64,000 bases of DNA from Octopus sinensis (taxonomy: Eukaryota), in NCBI RefSeq assembly GCF_006345805.1, contig NC_043005.1:21204001-21268000 (forward strand), written 5' to 3'. Position 1 is the first letter of the stretch. Each line of letters starts with the position of its first letter. The position numbers were made by a program, and so were the translations under genes. Positions 51,975 through 63,913 of this stretch are shown one piece after another. The notes under the pieces are model-generated. The model was not told where the DNA came from, did not search any database, and saw nothing but the letters and a program-made list of their open reading frames with translations.

Positions 51975-52145
51975 TTTTCCTGTCTGTTGACTGTGGACCT
52001 CCAAAAGATGTAGGTGGTGCATTGAAATCCTATAAAACTACCACCTTTAAATCTGAAGTGTTGTACACTTGTGAAAATGGAGACCAACTTAAGTCGACTT
52101 GTGAAAGGAACAGCAGATGGTCTCCTGTTGTGGATGCCTGTAACG
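51975..52145 (+). CDS. Exon S4: Sushi/CCP domain
   Basis: tttcag|TT acceptor, G|gtaaca donor. 171 bp, phase 1-1. Encodes FLSVDCGPPKDVGGALKSYKTTTFKSEVLYTCENGDQLKSTCERNSRWSPVVDACN. Confidence 0.88.
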
Positions 52146-53347
52146 GTAACATAAATAGAGTCCCTTTTGTCATATATGTAATTTTTTTATATGTTTGTAT
52201 TAATAGACACATCTGAAATTTGACTAGTGATCGTCATTACTGTCGCTGCCACCATCTGCAGTTGTTTTCAGCTTAAGAGGCAGAGAGAAATAGGTTTGCT
52301 AAGAAATATAAGATGAGGAGAAATTTCCCTCAAGGGGAGAGAATTGCTGTGAGAGAGATTTTATTTTTTATATACTTATTTTATTATGTGAGTAGATATT
52401 TCTATATAATTCACTCTTTTTTTTTTATATTTTGGTTGTTCTAGTAGCTGCAAGTAGATGCAGATAAATTCATTCCACTCTGATTTGGAGCTTGTCAATG
52501 CACCACAACTTGGGATAAAACTACACGGTCATTTAAAACATTTAGGAACTGTGTAAACTATCGACTTATCTTTTTTTTTTGTTTGTTTTAAATAGTAGAG
52601 AAAAGTGGTGAGAGAGTGAGGACATTAAAAGCCCAAGTCACAATTGAGATTAACATTATGCAAATTACAATCGATATGTTCTATTTTTTTGCTTTTAACA
52701 GTGGAGGAGAGCTTAACTGATAGAAAGTATTAATGTTATCGATAAAAGACTATTAAAATGAGTTGTTGTATACTGTTAACATAACGTGACAGTCCTGTAT
52801 GGGAATTACACCAACACTGTTTCGCTTGTGAAATTCTTTTGTGCGATATTATAATCACAAGGAATACTCATGTCAGTCAATAAACAGACTTTATTGTTTT
52901 GACCTTTCACAACAATATCTGGTTTATTAGCTTTGATGGTTTGGTCTGTATGTAATGGAAAGTCCCAAAGAACCATTACCATTTCTCCCTCAGTTACAGT
53001 CTCAGGGTGGGGATGTATATCACTTGTCAGCAGTTTTGATTTTATAATTCTGACATATTAACCAATGTAGATATTAGCCAACTCTGTCATGTCTTGATTT
53101 ATACTCCACTGGTCCTAAGATTTTTACACCTAGAGATTTGGTGGGATACTGTTTCAGTCATATCATTGCAGAATCAGCATGTTAAATCTACTCTGTTTTT
53201 TATCACATTGGCTTGGTAGTTCTTGGTCAATAAGCTTTGATCTTGTGCACCTAAAATGAAGTCTTCACTCTCTGCCTGTAGCCTTGAACTCCTTAGACAC
53301 TAATAGGTATTATCATAATTGTAATAATAATTATTATTATTATTATG

Positions 53348-53555
53348 CCAGCCCCGTCTGGCATCTGTGCGGGTGGCACGTAAAAGCACCCACTACATTC
53401 ACGGAGTGGTTGGCGTTAGGAAGGGCATCCAGCCGTAGAAACACTGCCAGATCAGACTGGGCCTGGTGCAGCCTTCTGGCTTCCCAGACCCCAGTTGAAC
53501 CATCCAACCCATGCTAGCATGGAAAGTGGACGCTAAATGATGATGATGATGATGA
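53348..53555 (+). mobile_element. Isolated RTE/SINE 3' tail
   Basis: GGCACGTAAAAGCACCCACTACA..GGGCATCCAGCCGTAGAAACACTGCC..(GAT)n. Confidence 0.75.
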
Positions 53556-53559
53556 TTAT

Positions 53560-54100
53560 TATATGTTTGGATTTTGCTTTGTATTTGTACATGTTGACTC
53601 CAAGTCTCATCCAGACAACAAGTTAGAAAATTAAAGTCGGGGTACCATATTTTTGGTTTTGCACTAAGTATTGTTCTAGATAGTGTCTGTCAAAACAAGA
53701 AAATTAAAAGTTTTTTCTAAAAGTAATTTGATGGTAAGAATACAGTAAAAGGTATTTGCTATTATGTACATTCAAAAGCACTTTTGATAATGTTCAAATG
53801 AATATCCTGGTATCTGAGACAAGGAGCAGTCAGCCCCTTTTGTTAACATCCCTGGGGTGCCTATGACAAGAGGTATTGGTCTAGTCTTCAGGTTCTACAT
53901 TATTACCAATTTCTTTTCCAAAATCTTTATATTTTCTGTTTTTAGTAGGTCTTGACAGATATATTTATGTTGATTAGGACAGTGATATTGATGAGGAGGC
54001 ATGATTTTTATCTGAGATCCTTCAGTATAATTTCTGGCTTATTGGCATCTATCTTTGTCTGAGATCCTTCAGTGTAATGTCTGGCCTATTTGCATCTATT
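53560..54100 (-). mobile_element. R4/Dong-like REL-endonuclease 3' fragment
   Basis: Minus strand IDANRPDITLKD / IDANKPEIILKD (locally duplicated, about 46 bp), plus a TIPLVIG-like motif. Confidence 0.5.
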
Positions 54101-54928
54101 ATTATTTAAAGCGGCAAGCTGGTAGAATTGTTAGCACACCAGGCAAAATGCATACTAGTGTTTCGGCTATCGCTACAATCTGAGTTTAAATTCTGCTGAG
54201 GTCGGCTTTGCTTTTCACCCTTTCAGATCAATAAATTAAGTACCAGTGAAACACTGGGGTTAATGCAAACAATTTATCCCTTCCCCTCAAAACTGTTGGC
54301 CTTGTGCCAAAATTTGAAATTATTATTGTTATTATTATCATCAAGTGTGAGAGCAGTATATGCCATCAAAGTGGCACTGGAGTACAAATATACAAAGCCC
54401 AATATACCCATCATGACTTCTTGTCTGATAAGGGTACAGCAGGCACATGCATCACAACTGTATGTGCATGACATGGTGATTTCATATCAAAATAAACAGC
54501 ACATGACCTTGCAGGTAAGACCCAGTTAGAATTTTCTTCAGGTCAAGTAGCTCATCCTGCTCAAAAAGTCCCTGAACAAGGATTATGGAATTTGAATAAA
54601 ACACCCATGTTTCCTGAGGTGAATTATTCAAACACCAAAGAATTCCTCTCAACACATGGCTATGATGCTTCCCAGCTACTTCTGCTCATGATCAGAGATG
54701 CACATATTGTAAGCCACCAAAGGACATGCTTAACTGATTAAGATCAAGCAACTAACAAGCAAATTTGTGATATTGAACAGAATATTTGCTGTAGCCCATC
54801 TTTTACATCCAGAAAAAACATGCCCATATTATTATTATTATTGTTGTTGTTACTGTTATTGTTATTGTTGTTGTTGCTATAGTAATAGTTGTTGTTTTTC
54901 ATTCATCTAAATTTTTCTCAAATTCCAG

Positions 54929-55168
54929 TTTCTATATTACATTTTGTGAAAATAAAAAATGCACTACTAGATGTACCCAAGAAAACATTGTTGGAGAAGA
55001 AAAATGTAACACCAGATGCCTGTGCAGAAAAATGTTTGTCTGACAAACGCTGTTTATCATTTGAAATAATTGAAAAAAGTGGAAAATGTTACTTATCAAA
55101 GAAAACTGCAGCTACCTCCAAGAAAATAAAACCATCCAAACACAGGGATTATTACCAACGAGTGAAAT
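54929..55168 (+). CDS. Exon A4: PAN/Apple-like domain, type A
   Basis: aattccag|TT acceptor, T|gtaatt donor. 240 bp, phase 1-1. Encodes SILHFVKIKNALLDVPKKTLLEKKNVTPDACAEKCLSDKRCLSFEIIEKSGKCYLSKKTAATSKKIKPSKHRDYYQRVK. Confidence 0.88.
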
Positions 55169-55439
55169 GTAATTGTTATTTGTATTTTATTATAAGAATA
55201 CTCTTTTCCACTTTTTGTAAAATTTGTGATTCCATTCGAAATTGGCGATATATAGACAACTGTGAAGATTTGACAGGTTTACCTAGAGGACAAATGAAAA
55301 AAATCAAAGGCATATTAAGAACTGTAAATACTGTTATGACATTCTTATGCCAAATTTGTTCACCTTGAAAAGTTTTATTGCATGCTTATAATTGCATTTT
55401 TATGTTAGAAAGGAAACTCATTTTGTTTTTCTTAAACCT

Positions 55440-55625
55440 GAGTAATAGTAATAGTAGCAGTAGCATCAGTGGTGGTGGTGGTGGTGGTGGTGGTGGTAGT
55501 GGCAACGGCAGCTGCAATAGTGGCTATGGTGGTAGCAGGAATGTTGGTGGTGGTTGCAGTGGTAGCAGTAATGTTGGTGGTAGTAGTGGTGGTGATGGCA
55601 ATACTAGTAGTAGCAGCAGCAACAG
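55440..55625. repeat. Compound (AGT/GGT/AGC)n microsatellite
   Basis: Trinucleotide runs 3' of exon A4, in the same relative position as 596-643 and 44174-44212. Confidence 0.85.
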
Positions 55626-56099
55626 CTCTTCATTTGTCTATGTTGACCTGGCTCAGATGGTACGATTATAGCACAGTGTCTCACCACTAGTTGCTGTCCT
55701 TCAGAATCCAATATACAAAATAACAGAAAAAGCAATGCCAATTTATGAAATTGTATATATATATATATATATATATTTGTCATGGTTAATGTAACAAGAT
55801 GCTCTTCCTATCACCACATGAAGAGAGTACATTTTCCCATGCTACTAAGATTTGAGAAATAGTCTGCTGGGACTAAAGAATTCTCTCTGCCTAAAATTAG
55901 CTTCTATTCAGAATAGTTCCAGAGTATTAAGAACTGAACAGCCAGCAAATTCACTCAAGTTTATTTCAAGAAGTTTGTCCTTTCCTGTTGAAATCTTTAA
56001 ACATCAAGGGAATTTCACTGAATTGTTGATCTCAGTTTTAGCATACTTGTGTACACTAGAATGTCATTTCTACAAAGATTAACTTTTCCGGGTTAAAAA

Positions 56100-56900
56100 G
56101 AAAAGCAAGCCATTTCTCTGTATATCTATGAGGATGTTTAACAGAGATGAAATTGCAGACCTCACTGCAATATTTATCTTGTGCACATTAATGAAATTCA
56201 AGTACATTCACAGATCAAGTTTATATAGAGAAAATAGCCTGGCAATTTCAATAAGAAGAAGAGCCATACCATGAATCAATTTAGGAAGAAATTGACATGA
56301 ATCTTCAAGAAGTTTGATTTAAACAAAATGACTACCACCAACCTAACTACATTCAACAAAGTGGACATTATTTTAGACATGAAATCAGGTATTAAACATA
56401 TAATACTCCTACAGAAAGCTTAAGAAGGAGCACAAACACCTTCATAGGTATTTCAACTACTTCTCCCAAGCTATAATAATAAACTTAGTGACTGGTATAT
56501 TATAGAATCATCACTTTCTCCATCGATAAATATATTTCTGACAGCATTTTTTACAGTGCAAGGTGTTAAGATTGACTTCAGTGAGAGGTTAGAATGAACA
56601 GAGCATTTTCCACTACCACACCTGAAAACAATGAGAAAGAGGTTAAGTTGATTCGATCCACCCTTCAACCTAAATAACAAGGGGATGTTTTCATGTATTA
56701 CAAACATTTTTCAACCACACAAAAGTACCACAAACTTATGAATGTGTATATTGTTATGGTTTATTACACATGTGTAGGTTAAATGACATCCAGCATTGTA
56801 TGTTTCGATAGAAAATGCATACACTTATCCAGGCTTTATCCCAGTCACCCACCTGTAACTACCAAAATCAATCCATCCTTCTTCTAAGAGAATTCTACTT
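56100..56900 (+). mobile_element. Degraded Penelope-like RT remnant
   Basis: A GxxRDD-like motif at about 56131-56150 and FDPPFNLN at about 56651-56675, comparable to the PLE at 24180-26800. Confidence 0.4.
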
Positions 56901-57491
56901 TTCTATAACAGTGGTTTATAGAGCAGCTCTTATTCTATGTATAAGGGAAGGAAGGTTCATTATACCAGCTGAGTATCACCTTCTCCCATTAAAATTATTT
57001 TCTGTCTTAAGGATTCTGGATGGCAAAAGAAGAAGCTCGTGAGTGGCTGCAATTCAATAATTGTTTATTGTGATTCCCGATCTTGTGTCCTGTTCTAGGT
57101 GTCCATCTTCATGGCAGTGTATGGCTTGTGATATCTCCATTCACATGAAGTACATTACCTCTGGAGAATAACATACATGGCTAGAGCGGGTTAGAATCTT
57201 CTGTAGCTGCCTGCTTTGTAGTGTCACTCAGTGTAAGCAAGCTGGAGAAGACTAAGAGGTTGAATGTCTTTTGCACCAGCTTAAATATCCATTGTTGAGG
57301 ATGGCCTCATTGCGGTGTAGTGCATGGCAATGGTTGTACGCGATATCTCGCTCTTGTCTTGGACAACATAATGGCTGCCACGAGGTCTTGTTCAAAATGG
57401 CACTGGCTACTTGTGCCACACTACATATGTTATAGTTTCCCAATGAATTACATGGGACTCACAACCAATGACTTCAAGGAAATTTTCACTC

Positions 57492-58620
57492 GGCTCATTG
57501 GAGGGTTGGCTGAAAAGTTCATAAGTTGATCAAGATATTCTCATGGAATGTGGCCAAATGAGGTTTATTTTTCAACATACTCTCCCTTGCGGTCCACAGA
57601 CTTCTATAGCTGTTGCAGTGCTTGGATCCCATTTCTAAAGAAAATTTCATCCTATTGGTCAAAAAAGTCTTCAACAGCAGGCATGTCATCATCTCTGTGA
57701 TATTCATTCCCAGCCAAGTGTTTTTTTTTTCATGTTGGGAAACAGATGATAGTTAGATGGGGTCAAATCAGGAGAATAGGGAAGCATATCAACTAGTTGT
57801 ATGCAGCAGTCATTAAAAGCAAGGACTTGTGTGCTGGAGGATTATTCTGATGAAACAAACCACTTTCAGTTTCCCTGGATGTTCATTTTTATAGTCTTTT
57901 GTAACTGCCTCAGGAAGCTGGCATAGAAATCTCCTTTGATGGTGTGGCCCTTTTGAGGACAGTCAATTAACACAACGCCTTTTGTATCCCAAAATGCTAT
58001 GGTCATCACCTTCCCAGCAGATGAAATGATCTTGGCCTTTTTTGGAGCAGGTCTCTTTGTCTCCGGCTCAAAGTAATGAAGCCAATACTCATCCTCAGTT
58101 AGCAAACATTCAAGGAAACCAGCTGGATTTGTCCCAAACAATGTCAGATTTTCCCATGATGTCATCAAACTGGAACACTTTTGATCAGGTGTCAGAAGAT
58201 GTGGCACCCACAAAGTAGAAACCTTCATCATGTCAAGTTCATTAAGCAGAATATTCTCAACTCTATCATGGGATATGCTAATAGCATTAGCTATTTGATT
58301 TAAAGTCAATCACCTGTCATCGATCACCATGTGGTGAATACAATCAATGTTTCCCTCAGTGGTGGCAGTTGCAGGACACCTAGATCTTCTGTCATTTTCA
58401 AGACTCATTGTTCTCCTCCTAAATTCAGCTGCTCACATTTGCACTGTTGATAAAGCTGGAATATCATTCCCTAATATAGCAGACATGCCAGTATGACAGT
58501 CAATGGGGGATAAACCCTTTTTTTGCAGGTACTTGTAAACAGCACAATGCCAAATTTTGTCCATTTTCAAAAGAAGTCACTACTTGTTACTTTTGAAGTC
58601 TTCTTTGAACATTCAGATGT
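57492..58620 (-). mobile_element. Degraded mariner transposon
   Basis: ORF 57866-58309 has KVSTLWVPHLLTPDQK, LTEDEYWLHYFEPETKR and SAGKVM..FWD (mariner WVPHxL motif and the region of the first catalytic Asp). TIR-like GAGGGTTGGCTGAAAAGTTC at about 57500. Confidence 0.85.
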
Positions 58621-58772
58621 CAATTTACCTTGCAAAATTATGCCATTAGAGAGAAGAGATGTACAAATGTATTGTCTAGAATCTAAGTAATGAGACAAGA
58701 TTTCAAATTAGTCTGAAGATGTTCTACATCTGACATGAATTCTGATTATGGAGTAATTTTGTGAATCTCTTA

Positions 58773-59814
58773 TCTATATATATATATAAGGCAGGATGTG
58801 TGTGTGTGTGTGTACGTGATTGTAATTTATGCACATCCACAAATTAGCACGCATGTCGCTCCAATTTTAGGAGGACATTCGTCAACATCCTACCTGGTTT
58901 TTGTCAACTTATTTTTTGCTAAACAGATACAGGTAAAAATCTATTTTCAGCCATTGCTTTTACCGATTTTGAAGGTTGCTAACATGAGTTAAGTTCCTTC
59001 TAGCCATAGCCAAGCGAAAATGTGAGTGTGAGGGAGAGAGAGAAGTTGTGTGCTGATGTATGTGTGTGTGTGTGTGAGGGAGAGTGTTTCACAATGTCTA
59101 ACAAAAATAGTAAAGAAAAAGTATGTGTAAAGAAGAGAGGCAGAGGGTTTGACAGCGATCTAACAAAAAAAGTGGTAAAGACAAAGTGAGAGAGTGAGGG
59201 GAGGAGGGAGAGTTAGTCACAGCATTCATAAAAAATAAAATGTAAAATGTTTTGTTTTTTCTTAAACACGAGATATAGTGTTCAAATTTAGGATGTTTTT
59301 GAAAGACACTATATTTTATAATCAGAGTATATATACTTTCTTGCACAACAATTACAATATATTTATTTATTTTAAATCGTTCATCTTTCTCCCCCATCTC
59401 CCTCACACATATATTACTTTGGGTGCGAAAGAGTTTTCTTTTTATTTTACGCCATCATTTATTTATTTTAAATCGTTCATCTTTGTCCCTCCCCTCTCTC
59501 TCACACATATTACTTTGGGTGCAAAAGAGTTTTGTTTTTATTTTACGCTGAGTAAAAAAGTGTTTTGTTGAGAATCCATTTATTTAACATATCATCACTG
59601 CCTTTCAAATATCTCATGAACATTACAAACACCTGACAGCAGAGCCTTCAAGTATATAACAGAAGTTATCTTTATTTCCTTAAATAACCCTATTAATTTC
59701 AACAGATTTTGCCCACATTTGACGTCGATATTACTTAGTTTGGTTTGAAATAAAAAACTTGATTAGCTTAATAATCATAACTTAATCCCGAGCAAGGCCG
59801 AGTTATACTGCTAG
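58773..59814 (+). mobile_element. Non-autonomous Helitron with both termini
   Basis: A|TCTATATATA.. at the 5' end and ..CCCGAGCAAGGCCGAGTTATACTGCTAG|T at the 3' end. Inserted between A and T with no TSD, splitting the conserved pre-B-exon flank. Internal tandem duplication of about 96 bp at 59361-59548. Confidence 0.8.
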
Positions 59815-59958
59815 TTTATAATAAATTGTCCATTTACATAATTATGTGTGAAAATGCTTTACAATATCTAATATATGAGTGGTGTCTGCATGGATGTGTA
59901 TGTGTGTGTTTGGTAGTTGGATAAATATAAAATGTATTTCTTTTCTATTTTTGGTCAG

Positions 59959-60183
59959 ATGATGGGAAACCTATTAAATTTATAAAAGTTACATTACGAA
60001 AAAGAGATATTTTTGGACGGCTTAAGAATAAGAACTTAAAGGAGTGTGATCAAGCTTGCCATGACTATCCAGGATGTATTACTTATGAATACCATGCGAA
60101 AGATAAGTTCTGTGACCTGAGTAATGAGACTCATTATCTTATACCCAATGGTGTAGGTTGGGAAACGTACCTCATAAATAAAG
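59959..60183 (+). CDS. Exon B4: PAN/Apple-like domain, type B (not in the ORF track)
   Basis: ggtcag|AT acceptor, G|gtcagt donor. 225 bp, phase 1-1. Encodes DGKPIKFIKVTLRKRDIFGRLKNKNLKECDQACHDYPGCITYEYHAKDKFCDLSNETHYLIPNGVGWETYLINK. Confidence 0.86.
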
Positions 60184-60311
60184 GTCAGTAGTATTTCCAT
60201 GTTATTTATAGCATACATTTGTGTATACTTATATACTCATATAAGTATATATGTATATAATGTATCATATCTATCTATTTTCTCTCTCTCTCTTTCTCTC
60301 TGCATATACAA

Positions 60312-60395
<84 letters not shown>

Positions 60396-60402
60396 CCTAT
60401 AT

Positions 60403-61050
60403 ATCATCATCATCATCATCATTTAACATCTGTTTTCCATGCTGGCATGGGTTGGAAGGTTTGACTGGGGAATGGTAAGCCAGGAGGCTGCACAGGGCTC
60501 CAATCTGACCTGTCACTGTTTCTACAGCTGAGTGCCCTTCCAAATGCCAACCACTCCGAGAGTGTAGTGGGTGCTTTTTACGTGCCACTGACATGGGAGC
60601 CAGTCTGGCAGCACTGGCATTTGCCACGTTTGGATGGTACTTTTTACATGCTACCGGCACAGAAGGCAGTCAGAGCAGGGGTTGCTGGCATTGACCACAC
60701 TTGGATGGTACTTTTTACATGCCACTGGCTTGGGGAGCCAGTCAGGCAGCACTGGTAATGACCGACACATGAATGGTGCTTATTGCAAGCCACCAGCATG
60801 AGAGCCAGTCAGTGATTGTGATTTTGATTTACTTGACTCAATTGGTCTCCTTAAGCATGGCATGTTGCCCAGTGATTCAAAGGTACTTTTTAAATAGGCT
60901 GGTTATGTGACACTGGTGTAGCTATGACTGTGATCTCACTTTCTTTGCCGGGTCTTCTCAATCACAGTATATCTCCAGAGGTCTTGGTCTTTTGTCATTG
61001 CTTCTGTGAGGCCCAACATTCGGAGGTCATGCTTCACCTTCTCATTCCAT
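60403..61050 (-). mobile_element. RTE LINE 3' end with UTR repeats and tail
   Basis: (CAT)n followed by TTTAACATCTGTTTTCCATGCTGGCATGGGTTGG..; homologous to 4617-5190. Confidence 0.8.
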
Positions 61051-61069
61051 GTCTTCTATATATATATAA

Positions 61070-62292
61070 GAAGTTGATTTGGAGAAGGTGTTTGATAGTA
61101 TTCCAAAGAAGGTGATTGAGTAGGCATTGACAAAGAGAGGTGTACTAGAGGTAATAGTGAGGGCAGTGATGAATTTGTATGAGGGAGTAAAGAGAAGAGT
61201 CAGAATTGGATCAGAGCTGTTGGAGGAGTTTGCAGTGAAAGTTGTTGTGCATCAGGGATCTGTTTGTGGTGACAGAGAGTGCAAGAGAGGGATTGATAAT
61301 GGGGATACTGTATGCAAATGACCTTGTTCTGATGAATAAGATGATGGAGGGATTGAGGGAGAAGTTTTGGAAATGGAAGGAGGTGTTTGAAAGCAAGCAT
61401 TTGAAGGTAAACCTCGAGAAGATAAAGGTGATGGTGAGCAGAGTGGAAGAAGTGTTAGTAAGGTGGATCCATGTGGTGTATGTGGGAGGAGGGTAATGGC
61501 AAATGCAGTGTTGTGTACGAGATGTGAGAAATGGATTCATGGTAGATGTACAAAAATGAAGAAGGTGACCCCCAAGACTGGTGAGAGAGTTTGTTTGTGG
61601 AAGATGTAAGAAAGGAGCTGGAGGGCTGGCAAAACTAGTGAAAATGCTATGTGATGAGGTGGAAATGGTGAGAGGGTTTTGTTACTTGGGAGATAGGGTG
61701 GATGTAAGTGGTAGATGTGAAGCAGCTGTGACAGCAAGAGCGAAACTTGACTGGGTGAAATTCAAGGAATGTGGAGCAATGTTATATGGGAAAAGGTCCT
61801 CATTATAGATGAATGGAAGGGTATATAAGAGTTGTGTGTGAGCTGCAATGTTGTATGGGAGTGAGACATGGTATCTGAGAGAGAGAGAGATGGTAATTTT
61901 GAGAAGGATTGGGAGAGAAATGGTGAGAGAAATATGTGGGATGAAGCTGTTTGATAAGAGGAGAACTGAGGATTTGATGATAATGCTGGGGTTGGAGGAA
62001 TCAGTAGAATGGTTGGCAAGAGTGAATGGAATGAGGTGGTTTGGGCATGTGTTGATGAGGGATGGAGAGTATGTTCAGAGGAGGGTGATTGCATTTGAGG
62101 TAAATAGAACACAAAAGCAAGGTAGACTGAGGAAAAGATGGAGGAGATTGGAAGGATTGGTTTGAGAAAAGAGGATGCCCAAAACCGGGCAAGATAGTGT
62201 GTGTGGGTGGTTGCTATAGCATTGAGGTAGATACGGCCATCTCTGTTAATGGAGACAAAACCCAGATTTAAAGCATTGAATGATGATGATAA
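61070..62292 (+). mobile_element. Degraded RTE LINE (different subfamily)
   Basis: VVVHQGS, ILYANDLVL, FCYLGD, MLYGSETW and MRWFGHVL motifs; short (GAT)n tail at about 62280. Confidence 0.85.
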
Positions 62293-63913
62293 TGACTTAA
62301 TAGCCCTACTGGATGAAATAATTGCAAGGTGATAACTAAAGTTATCTGAGACATGGACTTTTTCATCTTGATAAGTATATATTTTGTCTAACAAAATTAC
62401 TGTATTTTCTGAGGTATTTTCAAACATATTCAAAAATCCAGATGATTGGAATGCTTCGAGATTCACTGCAGTCCTAAAAGATTTTCAATTTAAATTTTTT
62501 TGTGGTTTTTAAAACCATATTGAGTGACTCAGAGATTCTGTTTTTGATTCTTTAAAGAAGTTTGCTTGATGTTTCAAGGTGTATTTATGAGGTTGAGAAC
62601 TTCAAAAAACAATAGGTTGATACTGTCATGGTAGATGTATTTGTTGTATTCATTGTGGTGTGAGATTAGGCTTGCTGCATATATTACAAACAGAAGCAAA
62701 CTCTTGAATATTTAACATCAGATTTAAGGGAAGGATGAACCTGAATACATACATAAATCATCAAATCGTCATTGGTAGAGAGACTAGGAATTAGGGATCG
62801 ACTTAACTGTGATTGCTCAGCCATTAGTTATCTTCAAGATGCAAGACTTCCAAATCTTGTTGAAACTTTGTCCTTGATATGCTAGGTGAGAGCCGAGTTA
62901 TGTTTTCTTCAGATGCCATGAGGGATCAGGTTGATACTTAACACCAAACTGCCTAAATGAAGAAAAGGTGTGAACCCAAGGAAACTTGAGATGATGTTCT
63001 ACCTGGAAGTGTACTCTCCTGCAAACTGGTTGGTTAAACAAAAGTGGTGTCCATCTGAAGATTGCATGTCCCAACTGTGGTTCACTTATGAGAGTGAACT
63101 GATAATTTAGTGAAATGGGTTCAAATCCTAGGGCTCACTGCAATATCAAGAACAGCAAGTTTGAAGAATTTTACCACCAGGTTTTGGATGGTGTTGCTGA
63201 ACTATCAGAGAAGTGTGGTTAATGTCAAACATCCAAGAAGTCACAGACATAATATTGGTGCTTGAAGTAAATCAGTTTCTGGCCAAAGTAATAAAATTTT
63301 CGTCTGATTCTAACCATACCTGCCACATCTGCTTCCTGAGAGAAATTGCTTTCTTCATTAAAGTGAGTAAATAATTACATGAGGTGTTCTCAAAGTGAAG
63401 AAGAGAGATTAAGTAATTTGGTCTTCATTTCCATGAATAAAAGAACTTTTGAAGAAGATGAAGGTAGAGTGTGGTGCTGATACATTTTATATCAAAATGA
63501 TCAATGAATCTACCAAAAAATATCAAGAATTGAACTGATTTACAAATAGATTTTAAGGAGCTCATTGTTTGTAGGTTCTATTATTTTCTCAGATTTCTGT
63601 CATAAAAAATAATGGTCATCATGGCAGGCCCATCACTAGAATATTGCTAATGGGGGAAAATCATGTCCAGCAGAGAGGAGTATCAAGCCCAAAGTGTAGC
63701 CTGTTGATGGAAGTACATTTCCTCACATTAAAATTATTTCATGTCACATTCACTGATGGAGTGGGGTTAGGTTTTGGTGAGTGGAAGAGTAAGGCTCCAC
63801 TTCCCCAGTTTCTGCCTAGGTATTAGCTTGTATTATAGGCTGCACACCCTGATTTCTAAGTTACCCTTTTCCACTGGCTCACAACTGATAACAATTTCTC
63901 CTTTCCATTCCAG

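Noticed and set aside
55378-55690. Gly/Ser-rich and Val-rich ORFs
   Set aside because: Translations of a trinucleotide microsatellite that differs among the paralogous introns.
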